64,000 bases of DNA from the human T2T-CHM13v2.0 reference genome, Homo sapiens (GCF_009914755.1 NC_060933.1), one strand, 5' to 3'; shown: positions 11,543-26,500, counted from the first letter of the stretch. Notes: a model not told the origin generated them from the sequence alone. Program-made: numbers and translations.

Positions 11543-11838
11543 GCCCTGGCGCGGTGGCTCACGCCTGGAATCCCGGCACTTTGGGAGGCTGAAGTGGGTG
11601 GATCGCTTGCGCCCAGGAGTTCAAGACCAGCCTGGACAACATGGCGAAACCCCGTCTCTACAAAAAAAAATACAAGAAGTAGCAAAGCGTGGTGGCGCCG
11701 GCCTGTGGTCCCAAGCTACTTGAGGGGCTGAGGCAGAAGGATCGCTTTAGCCTGGGAGGTCAAGGCTGCAGTGAGCTGAGGGCACGTCACTGTACTCCAG
11801 CCTGAGTGACAGAGACCTGTCTCAAAAAAAAAAAAAAA
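11543..11838 (+). mobile_element. Alu, AluJ-like (intron 4)
   Basis: Dimeric Alu with polyA tail. Confidence 0.93.
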
Positions 11839-12687
11839 TTCAGAGCCTGGAGCCTGAGTCCCGGTCCCACTCATGTGTGGGGCCCTGCACCCCGGCTCCT
11901 AGGCAGATGGGGCCCCTGGCTGGGCCTGCGACCCCAGGGCTGCCCTGCAAAGCACTGGCTGAGGCACACAGTGGGGGAGAGGGCGGGAAGCCAGCGAGAG
12001 CCCCGTGGACCCCAGCTGGACCCTCTGCGACGTAGCCTCGGCCAGCGACCCCACGAGGAGACAGTGCTGACGTGCCAGGCAGGCTGTGCGACCCCAAATC
12101 CCAGCCAGTTCCCGGGCCTGCAGAGCTCAGGGCCGCCCCCATCTCGGTTCCCCGTGACTCCACACACAGCTGTCTCCTGGGCTCCTGACCACCCAGAGGT
12201 GGCTGAGGGCCCTTCAGGGGGCCTGGGTGCAGGGGCCGCCGGGGACAGTCTGAAGCTGGGGTCTGGCAGGCCTGAGTCATTTGGGGAGGCCCCCGGATGG
12301 TCATCTCACCCTGAAACGGCCAGACTCCACAGCAGGCAGTGAGCACACCCCTCACCGGACGGGTGACCCAGCCCCCAGCACCCCAGCCTCTGAGATCTAC
12401 CCACACTCAAGTGAGTGAACCCCACCAGCCCCTCCCCTTCCCTCCCTGCCCACTCCCCAGGGCCCTGAGCTGCCCCTGCACGGGCAGTGGCTCTGAGCCG
12501 GCCCAGCACCCCTGGCATCTCTGCCGCTGGGCCTCACCAGGAGGTCCTCACCCACCCTGCCCAAGGCGGGTGGGCATCAGCTCTGCACACAGGTGGCCTT
12601 GGACAAGGCCGCACACACCCCACCTGCCCTAGCCTGAACCACGGCCCCCCAAGAGCTTGGCCCCTCAATCCGTGTGACTGGAGGTAG

Positions 12688-13366
<679 letters not shown>

Positions 13367-13939
13367 GAGACTGGAGGTTTTCAAAACTCTTCCTTATTTT
13401 TAGAGCTGCTGCAAAATTTACTCAAACAAGAACTACAGCAGAGAGGCTCCTATGTACAACACGGGGATCGGGGAGCACTGGGGACACGGGCAGGCGGCTG
13501 CGCCTACCTGTCACCCACACCCGCAGGAGACCAGCAGGATGGCAGGAAGGGCCATGGCTTGGGAAGTGATGGTGCCCCCGCAGCTCCCACGCCCTCTCCG
13601 GCCCCAGCCCCACTGCAGGGGAAACCCTGGGGGTTGCGCAAGTCAGGGTGCCTGCACTGGGGGGAGGCAGGGCGTCCTACAGCTCGAATGTGAGTTCCGG
13701 GAAACTCCAGAGACACGGGCTGGCACCTGGACCCTGTGCAAGCCTCCTCCCAGCGCACACCCCGCTCCAGACGCGTCCCCCCGACACCACACGCAGTCTG
13801 GGGAACTCGCCATCCCGCCTTCCCAACTCCCCGCCATGGGCCCTCCCAGGGCTGCCCCTACACCAGGCGCCCCGTTCCCACCCCCTGGGCCTGGCAGCCG
13901 GGGAGGGGCTCGTGCACCCCGGCCAGCGGGCAGCACTAC

Positions 13940-14278
13940 CTGGCAGGCAGGCACACTCGTGGGTGACGTCGCCCGTGGGGCGGCAGGTGCCCCCGTTCTG
14001 GCAGGGCGAGGGGCTGCAGGGCACGTAGGGCCGCTCGCAGTTGGGGCCAGTGTGGGTGGCGCGGCAGACGCAGCGGTAGGAGCCGACCTCGTTGTGGCAG
14101 GTGCCTCCGTGGCGGCAAAGCCCGGGCTTCTGGCCACACTCGTTGACATCCTGCCGGCAGGTGGGGCCATGGAAGCTGGGTGGGCAGTGGCAGATGTAGG
14201 AGGCCTCGAAGGGCAGGCACTGGCCACCGTTGGCGCAGGGGTTGGAGGCGCACGGGTCAGCCTGCTGGCACGATTTCC
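13940..14278 (-). CDS. NOTCH1: NOTCH1 exon 4 (EGF4-6)
   Basis: [14 protein letters not shown]...HECACLP; AG/GT flanks; 339 bp. Confidence 0.98.
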
Positions 14279-14806
14279 CTGGAGACAAGGGGACAAGAGG
14301 GTCGTGCTGGCCTCACTGCTCCCCGAGGCCGGGCCTTCCCTCCCTTCAGGCCACCTGGAGGTGCCAGCCTGGGCTCCACCTTAGGTGCTATCACATTTGA
14401 TCCTCAGGACCTGCCGTGAGACCGGTCGCCTTTGGCAGATGAAGGACCACAGCTCCCAAGAGGCCTGAGCCTGGGCCGTCTCTTCCCAGAGCTGACACCT
14501 CCAGACACCCTTCACCCTAACAGGTGAGGGCCAGTGCACGGCAGGAGGAAGGGGGCAGGGGCGGCCTGGACACAGAGGCTCCCCTTGTCTCGCAGAAGCG
14601 GGGACAGCAAGAGTTGGGCCAGAGCAAGCAGCTGAAAACGAGGCGATTCCAGGTCTGGGAGGGGGGCAGGGACCCTGGGGCAGGGGCTCCCAATTACTTC
14701 CGGGTCAGAGACCCGGGCCTGGATCCCGCCAAGTACCTCAAGTTGCCTGGGCAGCTGGCGGCGGGCCTGGGTCTGCCCACCCCTCAGGCTGTGGGTCCTC
14801 CCTCAC

Positions 14807-15069
14807 CTGACCAGCCGGGCGGGCAGCGGCACTTGTACTCCGTCAGCGTGAGCAGGTCGCAGGTGCCCCCGTTGCGGCAGGGGTTGGTGAGGCAGGCGTT
14901 GTCCAGGGGTGTCAGGCAGAGGGGCCCAGAGAAGCCCAGGGCACAGCTGCAGGCATAGTCTGCCACGCCTCTGCGGTCCACCACGTGGCATGTCCCGGCG
15001 TTCTTGCAGGGGGTGCTGAGGCACGGGTTGGGGTCCTGGCATCGCGGGCCCACGAAGGCCCCGCCACAG
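14807..15069 (-). CDS. NOTCH1: NOTCH1 exon 3 (EGF1-3)
   Basis: CGGAFVGPRCQDPNPC...CRCPPGWS; AG/GT flanks; 263 bp. Confidence 0.98.
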
Positions 15070-15199
15070 CTGTTGGCAGATGTGCCAGGGCAGTTAGTTC
15101 CCACCTGCTTCCCCAGCGCCCCCGCCACTCAGCACCGGGAACCTGTCATGGGCACAGCCGCCTCCCCCCACACCCCGGGCACGGGCACAACGGCTGCTT

Positions 15200-15439
<240 letters not shown>

Positions 15440-15714
15440 CTAGAGACTAGGATGTTCCAGCAGAACCCAGCTTGGACTCCACAGCCCGGGCAGGGGTCTG
15501 GGTCTACACCCACGGAGAGCCATGGAGAGGAGCCGGGTGCATTAGCTCCGTAGAGCCTCCGGGTCTGCAGGCCTATCTGCTTTTCTTCCCAGCTTTGCTA
15601 AAGCGAACAGGCATTGCTTGGGCAGTAACAAAGGCCGTGGTTTTTCCAACCTTCAGGTGTCAACATGATGGCAGCCACGGAAAGTGTGGATCAGCCCCTT
15701 CCTACGTGGAAGCC

Positions 15715-16017
<303 letters not shown>

Positions 16018-19000
16018 AGGAAGCCTTTCTGATGGGACACCTCAGGCTGAGACTGCAATGGGGATGGGACATCTCATGTCAAGATCGCACTGGGGATGAA
16101 GGCTGGCCCGTTCCCTGCCCACGCTCAGCCCCCAGACACGTTTCCCTTTCGGCATTGAGTCTTCATAACTCACATCCAGGCACATCAGCCAGGAGCAGAA
16201 GCACCCACATTACAGCCGGGGAAACCAAGGTGCCAGGAGGAGGTCCCTCTGCCAGGTCTCTGCAACCCCGTCAAGGTGGGTGAAAGGCTGCCCCTCACCC
16301 CGGACACACAGTCTGGGCTCAGAGAGAACAAGGGGAGCCAGGGGAGGGGTCCTGCATCTCCACCCAGGCCTGGTCTCACCTGTTCCCTGCGGCAACAGGC
16401 GCAGAGCCTGCCCCCCCCAGCCACCTGCTGTGGTCATAAATCTCCGGCCCCAGTCACCTCCTGGCCTTGCACTCCGGGAAAAGGTCTGGGACCCGCCGGG
16501 CGCCGCTCTTCCCAGTGGTGAAGCCTCTGAAGCAGAACATGCCACCAGCCTCAGCGGCCCCAGCGGCCCGGGAAGGCAGCGGCCTCACGGCTCAGGCCCT
16601 GGGTGGGCATGGCCTCCTCCAGATGGGATGTACAGAGGGAACCGTCCCGCCTTCCAGAGCCCACCTGGGTGCGGGGCTGCGGCGGCCGCCTGCCCCAGGA
16701 CCGGCCCTGAAGCTGCCGGCTTCCCACAGGACCCCCACCGGCCCCCCAAGTCCTCGCCTCCTCTCCCGCTTATTCCCACCCCAGTGTCTCCAATCAAACC
16801 TGTGCTATGTGTGGCAGTGGCCTGGGGGGGCCTTACCCCGAGGGGCTTGTGGAGGCTGGGGGTGGGGGTTCCTGTGCGTTTCTCAGCAGCCAGCCACGCC
16901 CCTGTCCCAAAGGCCCGGGAGGCATCTGTCTTCCCCGAAGGCTTTTACCCGTGACCACGGCTTGGGTAGAGAGAACGCAAAAGGGCCACTCTGGCCGACC
17001 ATCTGTTGCCAGAAGCCAAAAGTCCCAAACCAACTGGCTTAAAGAAAACACATGTCACCCCTTCCAAAGGGGCTCTGGGGAATTCACTCAGGCCTTGCTA
17101 CGGCTCCTGCCAGCCCAGTGAGCGACGGGCACAGCCCCGGAATGAGGCTCCCCCTCCTCCATCCCATGTGGCCGGTCACTCCGGGGCTGCAGCGACAGAC
17201 CTGCCTCTGCGGGCACCTGTTGGGAGGGCAGACGTGGTTCCCACTGCATGCAGATCCAGTTACAGGCTGGCCGGTCCCCGAGGTGGAGCGGCCGCTGGGA
17301 ACCCGTGGAGTGCACAGGCTGGGCTGGGCTGGGCTGTGGCCACAGGAGGGGCGCCCTCCCTCCACATAAATGCCCCATTGTCAGGCGGGAGTTGGCCACA
17401 GCTCCTGCTTGGAGAAAAGGCCCTTTTTGCTTTCCCAGCCGCTGAAGTCGGCAGGGGGTGGGTACAGGACAGAGGGCGCTCGGTCATCAAAGCCGGGGCT
17501 GGAGGCTCCTCAGCCTGGCCCATGCAAGCTGGTCCCCTGCCTCCCGGCCCCTCGAGGCTCCAAGGAGCGGGAAAAGCTCACCTGCTGGGCAAGACGGGGA
17601 GGAGGGGCAGGGGAGGCCCATCCCACAGCTTTAGGGGACCCCAGAGGGGAGACGCTGGAGGTCCGAGCCCCTAGAGCAGTCTCCCACCAAGTGCCCTGAG
17701 GTCACAGGACATTGGCTGTCCCTGAATGGACCACGACACTCTGCCCGGACACCGGGCCCCACTCCCCACCCTGAGCGCGGACCCCAACGTGGAGGACTGT
17801 GGGAGAATCTGCCCAACCGGACGCATCCCAGTTAACGAGGCTGTATCACGCCGGGCCAGCAAGAGGAAAACACGCCCCATAAATCAGGCGTCGGTGCTCG
17901 GACAAAGGGCGGCTGGGAGCAGGTGTCAGACGTGGCGGCAGCTGCTCCCAGCGGGTGGGGCAGGAGCCCCAGCCGGAGGCCTGAGGAGGCTCCCGTGGGG
18001 GAATGCAGGCTGAGAGGGCCCATTGTCCGCCCCCACTCCCAGCCTGGGCATCGGACACCACAGGGAAGGCCCCTGCCACGGCCCCACAGCCACGGCTTGG
18101 AGGTTCCGTGAGACGCGCTAGCTGGGGGGAACCGGGCCGAGCCTGGAGAAAGTTTTGAGCCAGGTGTGGGGGTCTGTGTGTGGGGGGCAGCTTTGGGCCC
18201 AGTCTCCCGCTGCTGCTGTGGGCAGCCTCCAGCCTGTGCCCGCCCCAGTCTGTACCTCTCTCCCACATGGCCACAGAGCTGGAGCACCCTACAGACGGCG
18301 AACACCTGCCCTCCGCACAGCACCCAGACGTCCCTGAGAAGGTGGGAGGGACCTCAGGCCTGCAGCATGGCCATGGCCAGGACCACCAGCCTGTGAGCAA
18401 ATCCTTCACAGCTTTGGCGCTGGCCACACCCCCGGTACCCGGGCCACTCTGTCTTCAATGCCGTCCCGGCGGCCAGGTGGGTGTGGGCCGCGAGGTGGGC
18501 GCCAGGGCTTGGCCGAGTGAGGTGGCACCCAACAGCTGCCGCGCCCACGGGGATCCTCAGGGCTTCCATGAGTGACCCGCACCCCACCTTCCACCGTCCC
18601 CGCATCTCCTCCTATCAGGGGCGGTGGGGAGACCCCTCTGGGGCTAAAAAGTGAGGCTTGAGATAGGGAACGCCAGTCTCCCCCGACTGGACGAGAGAGC
18701 TGCCCTGTCCACCAAGCCACCCAGCTCTCGGGCTCCCACGGAGGAGACCCAACCCACGCCAGGTGTGCCCCCGTGGACTCCCCTTCCGTGCGTCCCTCTT
18801 AGGGTCACCCGGCACCTGCCTGTCCCATCCCCCACGCTCAGTGGCCTGGCGGCGCTGGGGTAACCTGTCCTATCTGGGCCCCCCGCAGGTGAGCGGCGGG
18901 CGGGGACTCCAGGAGGGCTGCGGGGGGAGGGTGCCAAGTGGCCCCGGCGCCTGCTGTGCCGCTCCCGCCACCTCTACCGCCACCACTTTGTTCCCGCCTC

Positions 19001-19452
19001 AGTATTTCCACTGTGCCACTCCCACCCTCCCTGCCAGGGCCGCTCCATGGAAATGCGACTCCAGAAAGCAGCAGGAGGCAGATGCTGCCGAGACCTTTCA
19101 CCCAGGACGAATTCTAAATTGTGCTGTTTTCCTTTCTAAGCTAAGCGGCCATCTGCCACCCCCAGGGGACAGAAGACAGTTCCCTCCGCCCCAAAATGAG
19201 AAGGAGGGGTGAGAGGGACTCAGTGCGGGTAGGACTCACTCACTTCCTGCCCTCAAGGAGTTTATGGTCATGCAGGGCCAGGGATGGGGGCACAGGCAGA
19301 GGCCGAGCAGAGGGGTGGGGGTGTGGGGTCAGCTGGACCCAACCCAGCTGGGGTGTCAGTGATGTGGCTGGCTCTGCACCCGCCACAGGAACCAGAGACC
19401 CTGGGTGGGAGAGGTGCTTCCCATGGCTCCACCAGGTGACAGCACCTCCCAA

Positions 19453-20536
19453 GGCAAGGATGGGCAGGGACAGTGGGGGGTGGGCAGGGACAGTGGGGGG
19501 GGATGGGCAGGGACGGTGCGGGGGGGATGGGCAGGGACGGTGAGGGGGGGATGGGCAGGGACGGTGAGGGGGGGATGGGCAGGGACAGTGAGGGGGATGG
19601 GCAGGGACAGTGAGGGGGATGGGCAGGGACAGTGGGGGGGATGGGCAGGGACAGTGAGGGGGATGGGCAGGGACAGTGGGGGGGATGGGCAGGGACAGTG
19701 GGGGGTGGGCAGGGACAGTGGGGGGTGGGCAGGGACAGTGGGGGGGATGGGCAGGGACAGTGGGGGGTGGGCAGGGACAGTGGGGGATGGGCAGGGACAG
19801 TGGGGGGGATGGGCAGGGACAGTGGGGGGGATGGGCAGGGACAGTGGGGGGGATGGGCAAGGACAGTGGGGGGTGGGCAGGGACAGTGGGGGGCGATGGG
19901 CAGGGACAGTGGGGGGGATGGGCAGGGACAGTGAGGGGGATGGGCAAGGACAGTGGGGCGATGGGCAGGGACAGTGGGGGGGATGGGCAGGGACAGTGCG
20001 GGGGGGATGGGCAGGGACGGTGAGGGGGGGATGGGCAGGGACGGTGAGGGGGGGATGGGCAGGGACGGTGAGGGGGATGGGCAGGGACAGTGGGGGGTGG
20101 GCAGGGACAGTGGGGGGTGGGCAGGGACAGTGGGGGGGGATGGGCAGGGACAGTGGGGGGGATGGGCAGGGACAGTGAGGGGGATGGGCAGGGACAGTGG
20201 GGGGTGGGCAGGGACAGTGGGGGGCGATGGGCAGGGACAGTGGGGGGGGATGGGCAGGGACAGTGGGGGGGGATGGGCAGGGACAGTGGGGGGGATGGGC
20301 AGGGACAGTGGGGGGTGGGCAGGGACAGTGGGGGGTGGGCAGGGACAGTAGGGGGGGATGGGCAGGGACAGTGCGGGGGGGATGGGCAGGGACGGTGAGG
20401 GGGGGATGGGCAGGGACAGTGTTGGGGATGAGCAGGGACAGTGCGGGGAATGGGCAGGGACAGTGAGGGGGATGGGCAGGGACAGTGGAGGGACGGGCAG
20501 GGACAGTTGGTGGGACGGGCAGGGACAGTGCGGGGG
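19453..20536. repeat. VNTR A: G-rich ~20-23-bp unit, ~50 copies
   Basis: (GGGATGGGCAGGGACAGTGGGG)n with variants. Confidence 0.97.
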
Positions 20537-23500
20537 CCTCTCCGGTGCACAGGAGCTGCACTTCCCAGAGGGGAAGGAACGGCCCTGCACACCCCGGCTC
20601 CCTGGGAAGGGAAGGGGAGGAGCTGCCCGGCTGAAATCAGCATCTTAACACATCCCACCTGCTCCCCAGCAGAGCCACAGGTCCAGCCCCACCTGCCCTC
20701 CTTGGGCCTCACTGCCAATCCCGGCCCACTGTCCTGCCACAGAAGCCCAAGGGTCCCCTGGCAGCAGTGTGGTCCCTCACAGGGCAATAAATGGGGGTCT
20801 TCTCCCCAGACACCCCCAACAGCTGCTGCTCCCAGGGAGCCCGTGGCCACGTCCTGCAGGAGCCAATCGCTAGGCGGCCAGCCTGAGGGTGCCCCTGCCC
20901 CTGGGACCCCTCCCTCACCAGCAGGACCTGCCCCCAGCCTCAAGGGGCTTTCTGCCCAGAGGGGAGTCTAGGGCTCCCACTCTGCCTGCTCCTGTGATGG
21001 CAGGGGCACCCCCACGCCCTCCCCAGACCCAGATCCTGCCGTGCTCTGCTAAGACCCAGCAAGGCTGACCACCTTCTACCTACGCCACTGACAGTGGGCC
21101 CCACCAGGTGACCTGGGCCACACAGACAGGCCCACCCATCGGCCTGCCCAAGCAAATGGGGCCATATGTGGACTGGCTGGGGGGACACTGTGACCCCCTA
21201 CTGGAGACGGGGAGACAAGGCCAGACCTGGGTGGGGATGCTTCCCAAGGCAGGCTTCCATGAGGCCAACGAGCCCAGCTCTAGCCCGGACCAAGGCTTCT
21301 GGGGCAGGGGGAGTCCTGGGACCTCAGCCCCTCCCTTGGGTAGAGGCTAGACCAAGTTTCCCCAATCCCAGTGGGCACCACCCACCTTCCAGGAGGCACT
21401 GGCTGCTAAGAAATGAGCTGGGCAGGGGGCTCGGGGTCCCACCTCGGGTCCTCTCCCACTGGAACGGCCAAGCAGCCCAGCCCTGGGGGATGGAGGAGGC
21501 TTGGGAAGATGCTGGAACCTCGTTGCTCACAGCCCCTTCCCTGGCCTCCCCAAATCCCCCAGAACAAAGAGCTATAGCAAGGAAGGCCCCGGGCTCCTCA
21601 AACCTGCCAGGACCCTGTGTCCCAACCCCTGTTCAAACAGCTGGCTGGAGCCTCTGCGGTGGCTAGGAGGCCCTGAAAGGCGCCCTGCAGCCGCTGGGTC
21701 TTTCTTCCCTTTCTGCTCCCGGCTTCCTTCCCCATCTTGGACAGGAGAGAGGGATGCAGGCACCGAGGGGGCCAAGGGGCCCACGACAGCCCAGCACCAC
21801 CAGGCCTGTTCACCGTTGGGGCACAAAACCACGAGATTGGGGGCTGCAATGTGGGATGGCTGCCTCCAGCCACCACCTGCGGTCCCACCTGAGCTGTGGT
21901 CTTCCCCAGCGCCTGCAGCCGTTGGGCTGGAGCTGCTGAAAGCTGCACGGGGGCCCTGCCCGGGCTCCCAGGGCCCCAGGAAGGAGGAAAGGGGCAGTGG
22001 GGGCTTCAGGGAGGTGGGGGCCCAGAAAAGGAGCCAGCCCCAAACAGCCGCCGCTCCGGAGACAGCGGGCAGCAGGGGGCGGAGTTGGGTGGGGCGGGGG
22101 TCGCGGCCGGCCCGCCACAGCGCAGGGACCCAGCCGGGGTCTGAGCCGGGGCCAGGCTTTCCGGCCCAAACAGCTGTTGCCGGCACCCCCAGCTCTTTTG
22201 TCTGCAAATCTTTTCCCCCAGTTGCATCCTCGGATGGTTTAAAATGTGCGAAGGAGGAAGTGCAGGAAGGCCAGGTTTCCTCCTCTGGCTCCGGGGAAAC
22301 CCTTTGTGTGGGAGGCGGGATGGGGACAGAACCTGTCCTCCCGGGAAGCTACCTTTCCCGCAGCCCGGAAAACAATGCCCTCACCCGACATGGGAACGGC
22401 TGTCTGCATCTGACCGACAGAAGGCCCGTGGAGATGGCGGAGCTGGGGTGGCCACTCTGGGGGCATGTGGCCAGCCCCTCCCCAAAATGCCAAGACACAG
22501 CCCAGCAGGCTCTGAGACCCCAGGAACTAGGTGTCACCAAAGTGCCCCGCAGGCTGTTTGGAGTGTGAAAAACGCCTGCTGGAGCCCCACCTGCTGCTCC
22601 ACTGCGGGAATTTCCCACGCGGATCCCCCAAAAGCAGGCATGTGTCTCCTGCCCTGGGTCACCCCAACGGCCCCTAGGGACCCATGTGGACAAACCTCTT
22701 GAGTTGGAGAGGCCAAGATGGTCATGACACGCCGGGGCTCTGCTCCCAAGAAGACCCAGCCCAGCCCTGCACCCCACGATGGCTCAGAGGCAGGGAAGGC
22801 AATGGACAGGCCCACAGCAGCGCTGCTGGAGGGCTCAAACCACACTCCATGAATGAAGTCGGGCATCACAGGCTGCGCTCCGGGCCAGCGCCAGACATGC
22901 TTCTGGCAACCTCCCACCACTGCTCCTGAACAGATCCTGTCGCTGGGGGTGGCAGGAAGGGGCTCCCCGGAGGGGCTCCTGTTCTCCTCTGGAGTGAGCC
23001 CCACAGCCAGCAGGGCAGTCGCCCGGAGGTGCTGACTCCATGTCCAGCGTCCTTGTTAAGAATGCTGCAGGGAGGGGAGGGATCCCGAGACATCTGTCCG
23101 GCACACACCAGCCCAGCAGTGAAGAAACTGAGCCCACGACCCTCCTGGCCTGACCTACACTCGGGCTTTCCAAGCTCTGTCTCATGGGACCCCCACAACC
23201 GCCCTGGGGGCGTGTAATGGGCCCATTTCACAGGTGAGAAAACGGGGCAGCTATGCCCAGCACACCACCCGGATCTGAAGGCAGCTCAGAACCACACCTG
23301 CTGATGGGGACCAGAGCGGGGCAGGGCAAGGCAGCTCCCCAGGGTGGCACAGGAGTGGCAGAAGCTCCCTGGGAAAGAGGAGGAAGGCGCGTGTCCCCCG
23401 CACCCCCAGCCCCACCCAGACGGTCTGGATGTTTTGCCTGACCACCTGATCTCCCAGGACCGGGAAGTCTGGAGCAGACAAAGCATTCTTACAGCTCCAC

Positions 23501-26500
23501 CGAAACACAAAACCCTAGGGTGGTGGGGGCAGAGCCCTGGGCGAGAGAGACCCAGCCTCCCGCTCCCCTTCCTTCCTCCCGCCCAGCAGGAGGGCACCGA
23601 TGCCCCTTCACCCACAGCACCCGCGGGGCGTCGGCACTGGTGAAAGAGGGACGAAGCCGAAGCCCACGCTGCCGGAGGAGCACTCCTGGCATCCCGGGGG
23701 CAGACGCCGCCCTCCTGCGCCTCCTCCCGCCTGTCCCGGGAAACCACCAGGACACCTCTGTGTGCCTCCCGATTCGGCCGCAGATGGACGGCGGCTTCAG
23801 TGGTGGCCCCAGAGGTCACCTCATCCCCATCACACCCGCCGGCTCCCTGCTCTCTGACCACACGAGGCACAGAGGGGCCTCCGAGCCCAGGAATCCTCCT
23901 CTCGGAACACCGCTCGCCTGCCGGCCCAGTCCCAGCGCCCAGCCCGGCTCACATACTGGCCCACTGTGCCCCTGGCACCCCCTCAGAGCCTCACTCTGCC
24001 CGGGCCCAGCGTGATCACCGGGCGCCTGGGATTACCCCACACTTGGGAAGTGGGATCCAGGCAGGTGCCTGCAGCCCTGGGAGGGGCCCATAAGGAGGGG
24101 CACCTGGGGGAGGGGCCTGCAGTGCCACAACCTGGGGGACACCAGGGTGTCCCAAGACAGCTGGCACAGGCTGGGGACTGTCTGGGGTACCTTTCCCTGT
24201 GGGGAAAGTTGGGGATTCTTGGGCTGGACTTGGCAGGTCCTAAAACTTCTGCCCCTCCAAGGCACTGAATAATGCCCAGCCTCGCCCAGTGCCTCGCGGC
24301 CTCGCCCAAAGATCTCGCACTACCTCACCCAATCCCGCAGGACCTCGCCCAAATCCCACACATGACCTCGATCAAATAGCACACAACTGCATGCAAATCC
24401 CACACAGTCTCCCCAGAGCCTGTGGCTGGGGCTGGCCTCTGGGAGAGACCTTCCTGGAGGGGCCCCCACAGCACCAGGAAGGGGCTCCAGGGTGGATGAC
24501 ACAGATGACACATCCCCGGGGGAGCCGGGCGTGCCGCCCGAGACCCAGCTACACCTCCCACAGCCGCCATGACTCTGTAGCCAACTCAAAAGAAGGCGCA
24601 ACAATTCGCGGCAGTCGCCCAGCCACGAGGACGGCAGCTGGGGCTGTCAGGAGCCCTGGGGGACACTTCATGGCCCCAGCCGCTTCCCATCTCCTAAGGA
24701 GGAGGGGAGCTCAGAGAGGTGGTGGCGGCCCGGGGTCGCACGGCCCACGTGGGGGAAAGAAGTCCGTGGCCTGTGTTGTTGACCCAGTGCCACCCCACAC
24801 CTGGAAGGGGGAAGGTCTCGTGGGGGTGGCCGGCCTGGACTGCAGCCCCTGCAGGCTGGAGCCAAGCCTTCCAGTCACCTGCAGCCACCCACCTGCCTCC
24901 ACCTCCATTCCCACTGCCCACCTGGCCCCAGGGCTGCCGACAGCCCAGCCAGGCCCGTCCACCAGAGAGCTGCAGAGCTCTGTGCTGGGCCAGACCCTGG
25001 AGGCCCAGGACAGGACCTCGCCACGGCCTGAGCCGTGAACATGAAACCACACATGTTCAACCCCTGGCGGCTCCCCCAAACCTCTCATTTCCAGTAACTG
25101 TGTGTTTCCGCTCGTCAACAGCTGAAACCGAGCGGAACTTGGGGGGCCCCACCACGTGGCCCTGCTGTGCGGCACGGGGCTCATCTGTCCCCCGGCTGCG
25201 GGGAGTCAGCTCTCACCGCCCACCTCCTTCCCAGATAGTCTCTGTGCCCACTCGACGGCCCGGCAAGCCCAGCCCCTGCCTGCCACGGCCACAGCAGCCT
25301 CAGAGAGCTGCCCTCTCTGGCCAGGGTCAGGGCCTGAGCTGCTGCCTCCCGCAGGGTCGAGGGCAGGACACTTGTCTGAGGCTTGGGTGGGGCAATGGCA
25401 CCTCCTCAGGGCCTCAGCCCCCGGGCAGGCTCGGTGACCATGGGCCTACAGCAGGGAAAATTCTGGGCCAAAAGCTCCAGCCTCCTACTAGGGCATCTGT
25501 CTGCAAATGCACCTTAACCTGACCGCTTGGGCTGTGGGGGAGCCTGTTTCAGGGAAAGTGAGGGACGCGCCAGTTTCCTCCTTTGGACTTGATGAGGCAC
25601 GAACGCATCTCTAATAAAGCCAGGTCTCCCCGCCGTGGCTCCCTGGGCGGGTGCCTGTGGCTCGGGCCATGAGTCACGCTGGGTAACCCCACTACGGGGA
25701 AGAGGGCAGGAAGCTGGGAGCCACCGCCTCTGTGCCCGGTTGTCATCTCGGCACGAGGGCGACCGTCGGCTTCGTCCTGCCCTCATGGCTGAGGGCTTTT
25801 GGGATGTGGCGGGAGACGGGGGAGTCCACTTCTCAAACCCGGTGCATCCTGCAGGGCCGCTGCACTCACAAAAAGGCTGACTCCACACAGGACCTGCCTC
25901 CCTGGGCCTTGGCTCAGGCTGGGGCGAGACTGGCCTCCTGTGCTACCTGTGGAAGAGTTTGTTCAGCAAATTGACAGTGTCAACAGAATGTCAAGGGGGC
26001 ATTTACCCAGCTTTAAACAACCAATTCAAGCCCTTCAGAGATGCACAACGGACTCCCAGGCCAGGGGACTGCGTAGACAGGGTCGACATCTGATGACAAA
26101 TTCTCATCTGCCAATTAGAGCAAGGTCGGGGCGTGTCACCAACCTCAGTGCCAGGCGGAGCAGAAGGAACAACACGACTATTTCTTGGGGAAAAATCTCA
26201 ACTAGCAACCAAGGAGCTGGCAGGCCTCCCACTGGGCGAGAACAGCGCCCACCTGGTGCCCACCAGACTGAACAGCCCCGTGCAAGTGAGGCCGGGTGAG
26301 TGTTCTGTGGCCATTGGTCCCTACTGTGGCGGCAGGCGCTGTGGGGGTTGGGTCCGGGCAGCATCTGGGCCTGGCCTGATCCGGAGACGCCCTTGGTAGT
26401 GGCCACTCACAGACTGTGATTGCGAGGACCCCGATGGGGCCGCTGTGTGTGCCTGGGAACTGCAGGTGTGGATGTCAGAGGCAAAGCCTCCCCTGTGCAC

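Noticed and set aside
19240-20943. Long ORFs (up to 567 aa) over VNTR A
   Set aside because: Translations of a stop-poor tandem repeat in several frames; no splice or domain support
21501-22568. 355-aa antisense ORF and the many other 60-300 aa ORFs
   Set aside because: Expected at ~65-70% GC; no recognisable domains; many start at GTG/TTG or lie in Alus
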